Origin: Callorhinchus milii
Taxonomy: Eukaryota
Assembly: GCF_018977255.1 (NCBI RefSeq)
Contig: NW_024704743.1
Span: forward strand, 91,576,001-91,640,000
Reading direction: 5' to 3'
Length of the DNA stretch: 64,000 bases
In this document: piece after piece, positions 1 to 11,931 of the stretch
Layout: every line of letters begins with the position of its first letter
How positions within the stretch are numbered: position 1 is the stretch's first letter
The notes under the pieces: model-generated
Databases searched by the model: none
What the model saw: the letters and a program-made list of their open reading frames with translations, nothing else
What the model was told of the DNA's origin: nothing
Made by a program: the position numbers and the translations under genes

Positions 1-197
1 CTGTTTTAAAGGGAGTGTCCCCAAAAAAACATGTGCACAACCTATGTGTGGGGAAGAAACTTACTGTAAACAACAGAATGTTTTTTTTTGTATCGGGAGG
101 AAGGGAAAAATTGTAACAGAAGATGTTGTGTTTGTTTGGGATTTCTGTTGTACTAATTATTATATTTATAAATAAATACATATTTTCAAAAAAAAAT
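1..197 (+). mobile_element. Probable 3' end of a polyadenylated retroelement (L1/Tx1-like) or retrocopy
   Basis: GT/T-rich 3'UTR-like tract, AATAAA near 171, then an A-run at 188-197. Confidence 0.35.
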
Positions 198-1659
198 AAG
201 CCATGATTGAAGTATCACAGTCAAACCTTAGCGTCCTGGTGATGTAATTTAGCTATTCAGCCCAGAGAAATTATGTTTCAAGACCAAGAATAGACCATAC
301 CGCATCAAGAGATGTAATATCTAGAAATTTAATATCACATCTGTTTCAAAGTTATCATACTTCATACCTCAGCTGAATACCATGGGAGGAAAGATGTAAT
401 GTTAGAAAAAAAAGGCTCAATGTGAATTGATGTACATTGATATATCACCACAAAACTGTTATGAAACATCATATTTTTCATTCCCAGGATCATGAATTGC
501 AAACATTGATACGCATAAGTAATAACTGCCTTGTTAATTTCTCTGTTTATGCTTTACCACGTGAACCATGAGATTTTATTCTAAGTTCTACAGTATTCTT
601 CTCGCACAGTTTATAGCCCACTGTAAAAGTATAGTGGATATGATCATATTTTCTGATTTTATTCTTATTACAGTTGTGGCTGTTGCAAGAGATTCTGTAA
701 TTTTATTGACTATAGTTTTGTGCTGTAACTTACATATATTTCCCTTTCCTCTCTTCATTACTGGTCTGGTAGTATGCTGTACAAACCTTTTCTTGTTTGA
801 TTCAGCTGAAACTGATTTGATTTTGACACAGTATTCATATTCCAGTTATGGAAATCAGCAATATTAAAAACATCCAAGTACGGAGGTTTCAAATGTAATA
901 GAATATTTATGAATGACTGCACAGACATAATCTTATCTCCTTGGAATCTCAGTATGTGAATGCATAATAAATTCTGGCAGATTTATTCTTGCATAGCAAA
1001 AAACAAAATACCAATGAAGGGAATGTTGCCAAGATTCAGGGGGAGCTAGACTTTTCCTTTTGTTTTTATAAGTGCTCTTTAGATGTGGGGTATTTTAAAA
1101 ACCACAATGCTGAAAAAGATTAATCAACTATTGAAAACAATGTGGTATCATTTACAATATTTCTTAGCACATCACTTAATGAGAAAAGTATAATTATCCA
1201 ATTCCTAAAACATTGTATATGTACTGAAGCTGACAATCAGTGTTTTCTAAATTCAATAAATACACCTTTCCATTGACAAATCTGTTAACAAATAGACCCT
1301 GAAATTACATCATTTTCAACCATTTGACAGTCTCCCTCATCAGCCCGCAGCAGGTTTTGGTAGGAAGTTAGCCAATAGCTTTTGGCTAATGCCTTTCCTG
1401 GATTCACTGCACATTATCAGAGTCCTTGTACACAAAATACCACTAATCTTTATATTTTATGCCCCATTTAATACTACTGCAAATTAAGTGGTTTGGCCGT
1501 GAGCCCACTCCGAATCACATTGGCCAGGAGCAAAGAGCTTTGCAAGCATGCGCAGTAAACACAGAGGTCTGATATCGGGTGATTGATTATTAATGTCAAT
1601 AAAGAGCCAGTCTCATTACCAAATTGACCCTTTCTGACTGGAACCTGAAGCATTTATTC

Positions 1660-1763
1660 TGTAAATGGCATACACATGTGGAACTTTCAGTCTTGTTTGG
1701 ATACCCTTAAGCATGGTGATGGGTTTCTGCGTGTATAAGATAGCTGGCTGACCAAATTAAAAA
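1660..1763 (+). repeat. Unclassified repeat family X, 3' end
   Basis: GGATACCCTTAAGCATGGTGATGGGTTTCTGCGTGT...GCTGACCAAA recurs near 1925, 22765, 25085, 25650 and 55145. Confidence 0.75.
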
Positions 1764-1924
1764 TTGATCTATGAATGAATCACTGTAGGGAATTGAAGCA
1801 TTGACAAAACTAAAATGTGATAAGATGGTCCCACCAGCTGTTTTCTCAGCATAAAAAGTGTCAGATACATTGGGCATGACAATATTTAGCCTTGGATGTG
1901 AGGTCAGAAGCAATGCAGTAACAC

Positions 1925-2130
1925 TTTTTTCAGCCAGATGTCTGATAAACCTGGAAACCCATTACCATGCTTATGAGTATCCTAACTGAACATAGGTATT
2001 CCATCTATGTATTGGGAATTTCCCTGCATTTGGAATGGAAAGCTCTCTCTCTGGAGGGATACTCCATCCTCACTTAATTCCAGAAAGTATTAGGCACAGG
2101 TTGGTAAGAGCCAAGGGTAGGGAAGGTGTC
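1925..2130 (-). repeat. Unclassified repeat family X, 3' part (inverted relative to the 1660 copy)
   Basis: Aligns by eye to 25650-25828 plus 26157-26190 and to the reverse complement of 6570-6720. Confidence 0.75.
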
Positions 2131-2392
2131 TCAAAGCGCCTGACACTACTGCGTGGCACCCGAGCTGGGAGTGGGAGCCGAGGAGAGTGGGGACTGGCAA
2201 GATGACCAAAAGCACATTCAAAGAGGTATTCTTAACCTAATAATGAGATACACTGTGTTCACCTATAAAATACACAATCACTCTATATTATTGTCAATGC
2301 TGTGAAGCACTTTGAGACAGTTTCCTCATGTGAAAGGCACTATATCCAATGCAAGGATTATTATTATTCTAATGTTTACCATTTGTTCCAAT

Positions 2393-2713
2393 ATAATAAT
2401 AATAATCCTTGCATTTGATATAACGCTTTTTACGTCTTCTAAACGTCCCAAAGTGCTTCACAGAATACACTGTAAAGTGAATTGACTGTATATTTGTGGG
2501 CGAACGCGGCAGCCAATTGTGCACAGCAAAGTCCCACAAACAGTTGTGGATTGAAAATGACCAATTTATTATTGTTTTTTTGTTTTGGAGGGATTATTAT
2601 TAGGCTCTGTGTGGAGTAAGGAAACTTGCCCAAGGTTTCGCCCTGCCTGGAATTGAACTCAGGTCTCTCACTTGCAATGCGAGTGCTCTAACCACTGAGC
2701 TACAGGACTCCAC
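2393..2713 (-). mobile_element. Young tRNA-derived SINE (SINE2-1_CM-like), full length
   Basis: Head GTGGAGTCCTGTAGCTCAGTGGTTAGAGC with A/B boxes, shared body, L2-type tail and (ATT)n. Confidence 0.93.
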
Positions 2714-3084
2714 AAATGCATGGCACATTGCTGATACTTTGCTGCAATGCAAATTCCAAAATCTTAAAAAAAATGTTAAAAATAGGGTGTCAGGAGTAAA
2801 ATTCTCAAATCATCTTAAAATATCACCAAAAGTGAATGATTAAAAATCCATTCATAAAATTGTTTCAAATCCACTACCCAGAATTCTCACTGCCCACAGC
2901 CCTAATCACAAAATATAGCCATTGGATTCCTCTTCTTCAGTATGGGGTTAAGTCTTTCAATTCTTTACTTTTAAACAATTTCTGAAACCAAGATGACCTT
3001 TTTTATATAAGTTAAATACTGAAATCTCCTAATGTGAGATCAAATTTACACACTGTGGGCGTGAGTGTATCACACAAAACTACA

Positions 3085-3460
3085 CAACAGAAATTTACAT
3101 TTATACAGAGTGATTCATGTCAGGAGGATATTCCAAGGTGCTGAACAGTCGAAGGTTTGCACCCGATTTGGAGGTGTGGGTGGTGAGGGGATGGAGGCGA
3201 GGGGGATGGCTGAAAGCACGGTCAAAGGGAAGCTCTTGAAGTGTACATTGTAATAGGGAAGAAATGAGGCAAATCAAAGGGACTTCTGGATGGAGTTCCA
3301 GAGATGAGAGCAGATAAACTAAAGCATGAGCACACATTGGGGGTTGGGATGGGGTGAGGATCATGAAGCAGTCCAGCGTCCGCCGAGCAGAGTGAATAAC
3401 GGATTGATAGGGTTTGAGCGGATCGCCAAGGTAGGGTGGGGCAAGTTTGAAGTAACATTT
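3085..3460 (-). mobile_element. Old L2 LINE 3' fragment
   Basis: Degenerate match to the L2 ORF2 C-terminus (…FDRAF) and tail of younger copies. Confidence 0.7.
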
Positions 3461-3607
3461 AGTCAGTTCAGTCTTTTTGCTACATTATAAAGAATGGCAG
3501 AAAATAATAATAATAATGATAATAAAAATCTATATAGTAAACAAATAGTGTATATAAAATACATGGCGAAGCTTCTTTTTACGATAAGACTGATATCACA
3601 GTCTTGG

Positions 3608-3897
3608 CAGACACTCCAGTGCATTGCTGGGCAGTGCTGCGTTGTCAGAGATGCCATTATTAAAATGTGACGTTAAACCAAGGTCTCATCTGTCTGTTTA
3701 GGTGAAAGTTTAAGATCCTTCACAAAGAGAATGGAGCTTCTCCTGGTTTTCTGGCCACAGATAAAATTGGTCGTTCACTTCATGGCTGTTTGTGGGACAC
3801 TGCTGTGTGTGAATTGGCTGCCACATTTGCCTACATATATAGTAATTTCAATTCAGGGTAACACATTTAAGTGTTTTTAGATGTTTCGATGACATAA
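3608..3897 (+). mobile_element. Deu-domain SINE (SacSINE1-like), partial
   Basis: GACACTCCAGTGCA…GTGACGTTAAACCAAGG…CTGTTTGTGGGACACTGCTGTG. Confidence 0.8.
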
Positions 3898-6154
3898 TAA
3901 GGGAAGTATTATTAGCAGTATTAATAGGAGGAGGGCTACTAGTCTATGTTAAATTGGGTCTGCAGGGAGTATGACTAACAATGCCAATCACAACCTAGTG
4001 ATGTAGTTTCTCTGCAAATCAATTTGCTTACAGTAAAAAATAATTAAATTTCTCTCCCACTCAGTCTGGAAATGGGTTTGAAAGCAAAACAAAGCTGTAG
4101 AAACTTTCATGCAGGCAAATTAATTAACTCATTCCTTATATATTTATATTATAGACATCAACCTGCTGTAGACTGCATCCATTCCGGAAAATTATGTCAA
4201 CTGACAACTTTCATTGGGAAATGAGAGGAAATTTTGCTTTTGTTGGTGAAAGATTGGATTCTGTCCATCTAAACCCAGTAGCCATTGGGAATAGGCAAAG
4301 CATTTGATTCATTTTCTGTAGAGGCTGGAATAGTACACATCTCACAGCAGATAATTATCTCAACCCTAAAAAATTTTGGGCCTTTGGAAATTGATACATT
4401 TGTTGTTTGCATAAGAGCAACATTTCATGCAAGTGTAATGATAAAAAGTTGCTTTAATTCCCCCTCCCTCCACTCCCTCTCAGCTATTTTGATAGTGGAA
4501 ATACCGTACCTGGTTAGAAAGCTAAGTTTTCGAGAACACATCATTATTTCTGCCTTATAAAGTCAATGTTTGTTGGACATACTGTCAATTATGAAAGATT
4601 TGTTTCTTAGAGCTATACTTGAATAGTGAAATACAGATTTTCAGGGAAAGAAATGACCAAAGGCAACATTGCATGCAAATGTGTTACATTGCAGCACACA
4701 ATCACTGATTCTCTCTCTCTCAGTCACAGACAGCTCGCTCCCCTTAGTCCAGTTAACCACCTGTTAGATACCTTCCCCACAGGCAAATATTGCAGTTCCA
4801 ATCTGACAAACTCATTTTATGTATGGCTAGACGCTGGCCTTTAAATATCCAGCAACTTCAATGAAAGTGCATTTGAGACTGACTTTGCGAGATAAAAATA
4901 AAATTAAAAGCTGAAAAGGAATTAGACTGCATCTGGAGGTTTGATTTATTTTTCACACTCAGGTCTGCTTCTAGCTTGCTTCAGCAATTCATGCCACCAC
5001 ATAATTTTTTGGAGTTAAGGAAATTACTAAAATGATTGATTGATCTCAATTTAAATTCACTGTTCAAACATTTTAAATTTGGTTTGTGATTACATTTAGA
5101 AAGATCGCTAATGCGGTGGAAGTAACTGCATAGCAGCAGGTCTATGCAATGCATTTACCACAGTGGCACTTGCTCAGCGAAGGATAGTGAAACACATCAA
5201 GATCCAGTCACTGCCAAAGGCGTCTCAGGGAGCAACAGAAGAAAATACGAGAGTAAAGCGCACAGTTAAAAAAAAAGTTTGCTGAGAGCTTGACATTTAC
5301 CAGATAAAAATACAAGGAGGTACAAGTGAAATTACAGATGTGAGAAGAAACTCTGACTTCAGCATCCCTCAGGAATAGAAAAAGGACTTTGATTTGTGCG
5401 CTTTCTAGGAATATCTGATAATGATGATCTTACCGTTTAATAACAAAATAATGCCCTGTTACCTCCCGTAAGTCTCAAATCAGCTTTGTACTGCAGAAGT
5501 CTTATTTCAAAAAATGTGCTGTCACAGTAGAGATTAGGATCATTATTGCAATAAAGAGAATTTTGTAAAGCATGTAGACAGAAAGGATTTGTACTGTATC
5601 TCAGAAAAAGCCTTTAGATGTCCCTGCATCATTTTTTCCACCATTATGTTATCTGTGATCTTATCCTTTTCTCCTGAAACCAAATAGAAATGCCAGCAGC
5701 TCACATTCTGGTTCTAACCAGATTGTAGGGGAAGAGCTATTCTTCATTAACGATCACACTTTGTATCCCAGAAGGCTTCCCATATTGTGTGTGATTTTTA
5801 TTTGGGCATGAGAAAAGATCATTTGTTGTCTGGATTAAGATTTTTACGTGGGCAAATGGTATTGTGTGTAATTCTCTGCGGGTCACAAATATCAATTTAT
5901 TTGTTGACCTCATTACTGTAAAAGTAACAGAGCAGCAGCCGAGGAAAACTGGTGTATAATTATACTAAAATATTAATTTAAAATAGATCTATGTTGACTC
6001 TCTGCTCTATTATACACACATTCTCTGCATGTGCCTTATAACAGGGCTGTTCTCATGTTCTTAGGCTTAAGACTAAGACAGTGAGGCAGTTGAGACAATA
6101 TCTTCATATGTAAAATCATGTGGAATTTTGGAAAACAGTCCTAAATTAATTTTT

Positions 6155-6720
6155 AACTTTTGATTATCTTCCTTGGTGTGGAGGTAAGCGGGGGGTCCCC
6201 TTGGAGCCGAACTGGCCACAAGGTGATGGATTTTGCAGGAGAATTTCAGAATCAAGTCAATCCTCTGTGGCAATCTTAGTAGTCCAGTTCATGAGCCACG
6301 AGAGTCTGCAGTACTCCAGGGCACTGCTGTTAACAGCCCAGCCAGCCTGGCTCATTGACAGGACTTGAAAGGGTAGACAGTAGATGCAGGGATTCTTCCT
6401 ATTCAGTTCCTGTTAACCCTGCAAGCCAAAGCCCTAATGGGCAGTGTGTTCCAAGCAGGACAAGCAGTGGGAAGATTGCCACAGAGTGCTCTCAATGCAA
6501 GCAATGCAATTTTAGCTAGTTAAACTCCAGCAGTTACCCCAGTGCATACTCCGGGATCTCCAAGCCTTGACTTTTGGCAACCTGCACCTAATACACTCTG
6601 GAATTAGGTTAGCAGAGTGTATCCCTCCAAGAAGATTGTGAACTTTCCATTCCAGACAAAGGGAAATTTCCATGTGTAGGTGACATACATATGTGGGAAT
6701 CTCAGTCTGGTTTGGATAGG
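6155..6720 (+). repeat. Unclassified repeat family X, longest copy
   Basis: Homologous to the reverse complements of 25170-25455 and 57050-57350. Confidence 0.75.
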
Positions 6721-6861
6721 GGAGAAAAGCATTAGGAGTGGTAGGAATGGTGTAGAGTATAAATACCATCACAACTACTTGGGCTAAATGACATGTTTCC
6801 ATGCCATATGACTATAGCTCTATGTTGCTAAATAAATGGAGTAAATCTAGATCTATATCAC

Positions 6862-7230
6862 AGTTTAGGCTGATCTCAAATGCCTGGAGAGTGCAGATTT
6901 GTTCAAAATGCCATTCTTCAGATGAGATGTTAAACTGAGGTCCTGTCTGATCTGTTCAGGTGGACATTACAGATCTCAATGCACCACTCGAAAAAAGGGA
7001 GTTTATTCCAGGATCTTGGTCAACAATCCCTCAGATAAAGGTGATCATTCACTTCATGGCTGTTTATGGGACAGTAGGCACAAATCGAATGCTGCATTTG
7101 CCTACAAATTATACAGTCGCTACACTTTACAGCACATCCTGTGAAGCATTCTTAGCCCACCCCCCCCCCCCCCCCCCATCAAACACGAAAGGTGCTGTAT
7201 CAAATGTAAGGATTTTTTATTATTATTATT
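6862..7230 (+). mobile_element. Deu-domain SINE
   Basis: GATGAGATGTTAAACTGAGGTCC Deu core and L2-type tail; poly-C expansion at about 7160-7177. Confidence 0.8.
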
Positions 7231-7764
7231 ATACTATAAAGGACAGCAAACATATAAGAGCATAATTATTAAGATCTTGGGTCTCAGATGATGTTAAATG
7301 ACAAGGGTACAGTTTATCATACCATTTAAACCCTTTGATGCGGTATTGCCTTTTAAAACACTCCCAACTATCTTTTATATTTGGCTAATTTTGCAGTTTA
7401 ACACTGAGATGTACATTGTCTTTTATATATTATTTATTCACTCAGCTGCAGTTTTGGAGAGCAGGTCCAATCCTTGTTCAGCATCTAAACTTCCTGCTGG
7501 TAACAAATTATTTTTGTTGTAAATTATACAAATCCAAGCCAAGTGAAATGAGGCAGAATTATGCAAGCAATTTAATTTTACCTTGAGGAAAGGCTATTTA
7601 ACATATTATGTAGTCAATTTTATAAATGTGAGGCAATTGGATACTAGGTTTACTCTACTTGAAAATATGTAGAATAATGGTCATCAGTGAATGTTAAAAG
7701 ATGTCCATTGTCTAAACTAAGGTCAGAAGATTTTTCGCAGCTGAAACTGATTGCAAGATCATAA

Positions 7765-8390
7765 AATAGGTTTGGATGAAGAATGTCCTTTGGCTAATCT
7801 TATCTCATCCTTTCAGAACAACAACAACAACACAACAACAAAAAGATTTCATTTATAGAGCGCCTTTCACGTCGGGAGGACGTCCCAAGGCGCTGGGCAG
7901 TTGGGTCGGGACCCGAGCAGGGGGCAAATGGTCAGGGTGAGGGGAGGGAAGGGAGGGAGCGAGGAGGGGGTAGAGAGTCGAGAGGGGAGCTGAAGGCTCG
8001 GTCAAAGAGAAAGGTCTTGAGACCGGCCTTGCAGGAGGAAAGGGAGGAAGCGGCGAAGGCACTGGGGGATAGAGTTCCAGAGCCGAGGGGCTGAGAGGCT
8101 GAAGGCCCGGCCACCGATGGTAAGGCGGTTGGGGCGGGGGTTATGGAGCAGACCGGAGCCAGAGGAATGGAGGGTACGGGCAGGTAAGTAGGGGGATTCA
8201 TTCAAATCCCACTCCCCATCATAGCATTGGGCTGCTTTTAAATGAATCCAATGTCTTGGCCTCTACTACCTTTCCTGGCAATCTGTTCCAGTTGTTAATT
8301 ACCCTTTGGGTAAAAACACACTTCCTGGTATCAGTCCTGAAATTGCCTTTTACAACTTTAAACCTATGTCTTCTTGTTCGTTGTCTCGGT
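7765..8390 (-). mobile_element. CR1-like 3' fragment split by an L2 insertion
   Basis: 7765-7816 and 8197-8390 are collinear with 11935-12120 and the reverse complement of 42800-43040. Confidence 0.7.
7817..8196 (-). mobile_element. Young L2 LINE 3' fragment
   Basis: ORF2 C-terminus (TIGGRAFSLSAPRLWNSIP…SCKAGLKTFLFDRAF), stem-loop tail and (TTG)n; nearly identical to 23517-23880. Confidence 0.92.
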
Positions 8391-8454
8391 ACATCTACAA
8401 GTAAATTTTGTTTTTCTCAGCTGTTTGCTTCCTTTACTCTTTTCCTGTGCCCTG

Positions 8455-8730
8455 TCATCTCAGCCAAATGCTCATTCTTCATGTATGAGCTAGATTGTGA
8501 GTGAGCTATCAAGATGAATATTACAGCAGAGCCTGATCCTATCCTCACCCTGGGACATACACATATGTTCCAGTCAGAACAGATGGATTGTGATTAGAAA
8601 ACGGGAACATTGGTTGACTTGTTTTGTCCAAAGAAAATTAAGGCCATGATGCCCTGGCTAGGCTGACTAACTCAACACAGATCAGAATTACCCCAGGACC
8701 TTTCTGGTCCATGTGGTTCAGTTTCATACA
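8455..8730 (-). mobile_element. AmnSINE2-like ancient SINE
   Basis: Reverse strand reads GACCAGAAAGGTCC…CTGTGTTGAGTTAG…GGGTGAGGATAGGATCAGGCTC…CATACATGAAGAATG, collinear with the AmnSINE2 consensus as I recall it. Confidence 0.65.
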
Positions 8731-10768
8731 AAGTTTCCGAGAACTTATAAACATCCGTTGACTCTGGGGTTTGGATTAAAGTCATCACCTCCATTTCACT
8801 CACCTTTTCAAATGGACTCTCATTGCAAACCTCTCCAATATTTTAAAAGATCTACATTCACTTTCCTTAGGGTTCCCTCCTTGATCACAGAGAAATCACA
8901 GGTTTGAAATTCCACTTAATTTTAGCCTATAGGCAATTTTATATTAACATTGTAAATGTAGTCTTAATTTGGAATTCATTTATTTTTAATTTAGTAAATC
9001 TGCTTCCAAATTAAGACTGACACAGTGTAGCACAATCTTAACATTTGAGACAAAATTACCCTATAAACTAAAACTCAGTTGAATTTCAGGCTTTATGTGA
9101 GATATCCTTCTGCTGAATGTACCAAACAGAAAGAATGTGATTAACTGCTCTCCTAAATAGGAAGTTGGCCAGAACCAAATAGTGTTTTCATAGTAAAGTA
9201 TATGGAATTGCAATAATATCAGTGATGTATCAAGGGATTCGTATCACACCAAGGGTACAAAAANCAGATTTCTAAGTAATATAGTGGAATACTAATTAAT
9301 TACCCATCAATTATCCACATGTCTATTTATCCACATCAGAGCTGGAGAAGACTTAGTGAGAGATAGGCAAAAAAGTCCCATTGGCAGAAGTTGTGTGCAT
9401 GTGTGTGAGATCTCCAGGGGATAATGCTTAGTCAATGTGACGGGCTAAATTGTGTTCCTAGACCCTTGCAAAGGTTAGCACGGAACTTGGTGCATGCTCA
9501 CAATAAGAATTTTGAGGCTTGTAAAGCAACGCTAAATCTTTATACTTTTACATCAGAAATAAATGAAAAAGGTGTTTGTGTCAGAAAAAGATAGACATAG
9601 AGATATAGACGGAGAAAGAGAAACACATAGAGGGAAAGATAGACTAAAAGAGAGAAAGAATCAGAGAGAAAATAGCAGAAAGAGGAGGATTGACAGGTGT
9701 GGTGATAGGTTATTCCAGTCTGCCTTGTACTATATACAGGTGGAGTTTCTGGGAAAAACTTTATCTAATTTTTTCCATTTTTGTTCGATGTCATTACAGT
9801 GGATGTCATTAAAGATAGTGACAGATGACAAATTCTGCGACTGATTCATATGATCTAAACTGAAGTGCTATTGCAGCATATGATTTGAACTGAAATGATG
9901 TCAGTTTTTATTTGAGTGTCTGTTGCAGGGCTTATTGTACTTTGTATATGTTGTACAGCAATTACATAGGAAAGTCTGGATGATATTACAAAGTGATACA
10001 TCTTGGCAACATCCAAACTCTTGGGAATTGTTCTTGCTGCAACACAATTCTGTAAATTCTTTACAAAACATACAACAATATAAGGAATGTCCACAAAGGC
10101 ATTTGGATGCAGAAGGATGAACAAAGCTGAAGGACAAATAAAGAAATCAAATAATAAGCAATTGCATATATATATGTATATGTATAAAACCATCACAGAA
10201 TTTAAGCTGATGCAAGTTGATCTTTTCTCCCAAAAGTTTAATATTTGGAAACAAATGTAATATAAAGAATTTTCTAGTGCACATTTTTGCAGAGAAATGT
10301 GTTTGACACGTGTCATTGTTCATCGAGGTGGTAAGCATCACATTTATCTTTGTCCACTTCAAATATTGTGTATGCCCATCCGATTTGGAAGAAAATGTCA
10401 TTGAAAAGAACAATTATTGCATAATTTTGTAGCATGGGTTGGAGTGAGGACAGAGTGCATTGCCATCAAACATGAATGCTACTGAATTTAACAAGGGAAT
10501 GAAGCCATGAGGCGTTCTCAACCATATATCATCAAATTATGTGATAATGTCAATGACATCAGAATTTTCAACCATTTCATATGAACTATAAATTGGTGGC
10601 TCAAGCCCATCATCCAGTAAAAATGTAATTTTACATTTCTGTGAAAGCCTTATGATAAATGCCTACACTTGAGGTCACTGGAGCACAACAGCAACAACAA
10701 TAGTTGTTATCAGCACTAAAAGTATTAGCATTGAGACAGACCAGAGGCTATTACCCCACTCCCCCCAC

Positions 10769-10791
10769 CACACACACACACACACACACAA
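10769..10791. repeat. (CA)n microsatellite
   Basis: Directly visible. Confidence 0.95.
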
Positions 10792-11514
10792 TTTCAGCCC
10801 AATGGTTGGGTCTGAAGATTTCAATGGTTGACATTGTTGTTTTCAATTATGAGTCATGGCATTTTAGTGTCATTTCATGAGATACTGGTTAAGCTCAATT
10901 GGTTTCCTGTGAAGCACCAGACAAATGCTTGCTCTGGGTCGAATCTGGAAATTAAAATAACGACAATCTTGGAACGAACTTTGACATAACCAATGTGCCA
11001 ATATTGTTGAGGTTGGAGGATGGGTTGAGATGGAAAACCGAGTCACACCTGCAACCAGTCTTGAGAAATAGATATGGAATAGATGGAAAATGTAATGTTT
11101 CATAATAAGTTCCCTAACATAAATAAATGTAAAATGTTATGAAAATTAAAATTTTTCGCCCAATACTCCTGAAAAGACCTGAAAACATTATCAGCACCAA
11201 GAATGTGGATAGACCAATTTCAATTTAAATCTGCGAATGAAAACACTGAGGATGTTATATAACCATTACAGCGCTTGTAGCTTAAAGGCCAAAAATCCAA
11301 CAACAAAATACATTTATATACTTCTCTTCAAGTAGCATAGTGCCTCAGAGCTAAATAGATAGGGAGCACCTAAATTAATGGGCCAAGCTGCATTCAGTTA
11401 CAGTTTGTTAAAGAGCAGCAGTGCCCTGGCATCTCAAGAACTTAGGAATGGGTGAATTGTAAATGGTAATCTTTTGGCTGGTGTCAAAGCTTATCAGGCA
11501 CAAATTCTTTGATG

Positions 11515-11856
11515 TGTGAGAAACCTGGGTCCGATTACCGGCAGGGCAAAACTTTGGGCAAGTTTCTTACTGCTCACGCTTCTGTTTACCTAGCAGTAAG
11601 TAGGAACCTGATTGTTAGTCAATTGGTGGATCGCTTTTCTGGGGGTAATAATTCTTTCATATAAAAAATAATAAATTGGTCACTCAATCCATGGCTGTTT
11701 GTGGGACACTGCTGTGCGCAATTGGCTGCCGCATTTCACCCACAAAATATACAATCAATTCACTTTATCGTATATTCTATGAAACACTTTGAGATGTCCC
11801 CAACATGTGATAAGGAGCTATATCAAATGCAAATTATTAAAATTATTATTATTATA
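11515..11856 (+). mobile_element. tRNA-SINE, older long variant (extra ~65-bp central segment), 5' truncated
   Basis: Contains CTGTTTACCTAGCAGTAAGTAGGAACC…GGGGGT, which young copies lack. Confidence 0.85.
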
Positions 11857-11931
11857 GCTCCTTCCTCTAATGTTAGGTATTTTACTTGTTATTCTTGGCA
11901 TTGTATTTCGGGCCTGGGCAGGTCCCTTATC

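Noticed and set aside
368..372. 5-nt minus-strand micro-exon (CTAAC, pyrimidine tract, cag|CTGAG|gtatga)
   Set aside because: Frame-shifting, modest donor and no supporting context.
2439..2633. Recurrent peptides MGKFPYSTQSLIIIPPK… (also at 25883, 35091, 43240, 60272, 60748)
   Set aside because: Translations of SINE copies in inconsistent frames, not a gene family.
9855..10316. 153-aa ORF and overlapping Cys-rich 78-aa ORF
   Set aside because: No recognisable domain; Cys richness is expected from TG-rich DNA. An acceptor near 10128 and a downstream AATAAA alone are insufficient.
11190..11210. REST/NRSE-like TCAGCACC
   Set aside because: Only the left half-site; GGACAG is absent.
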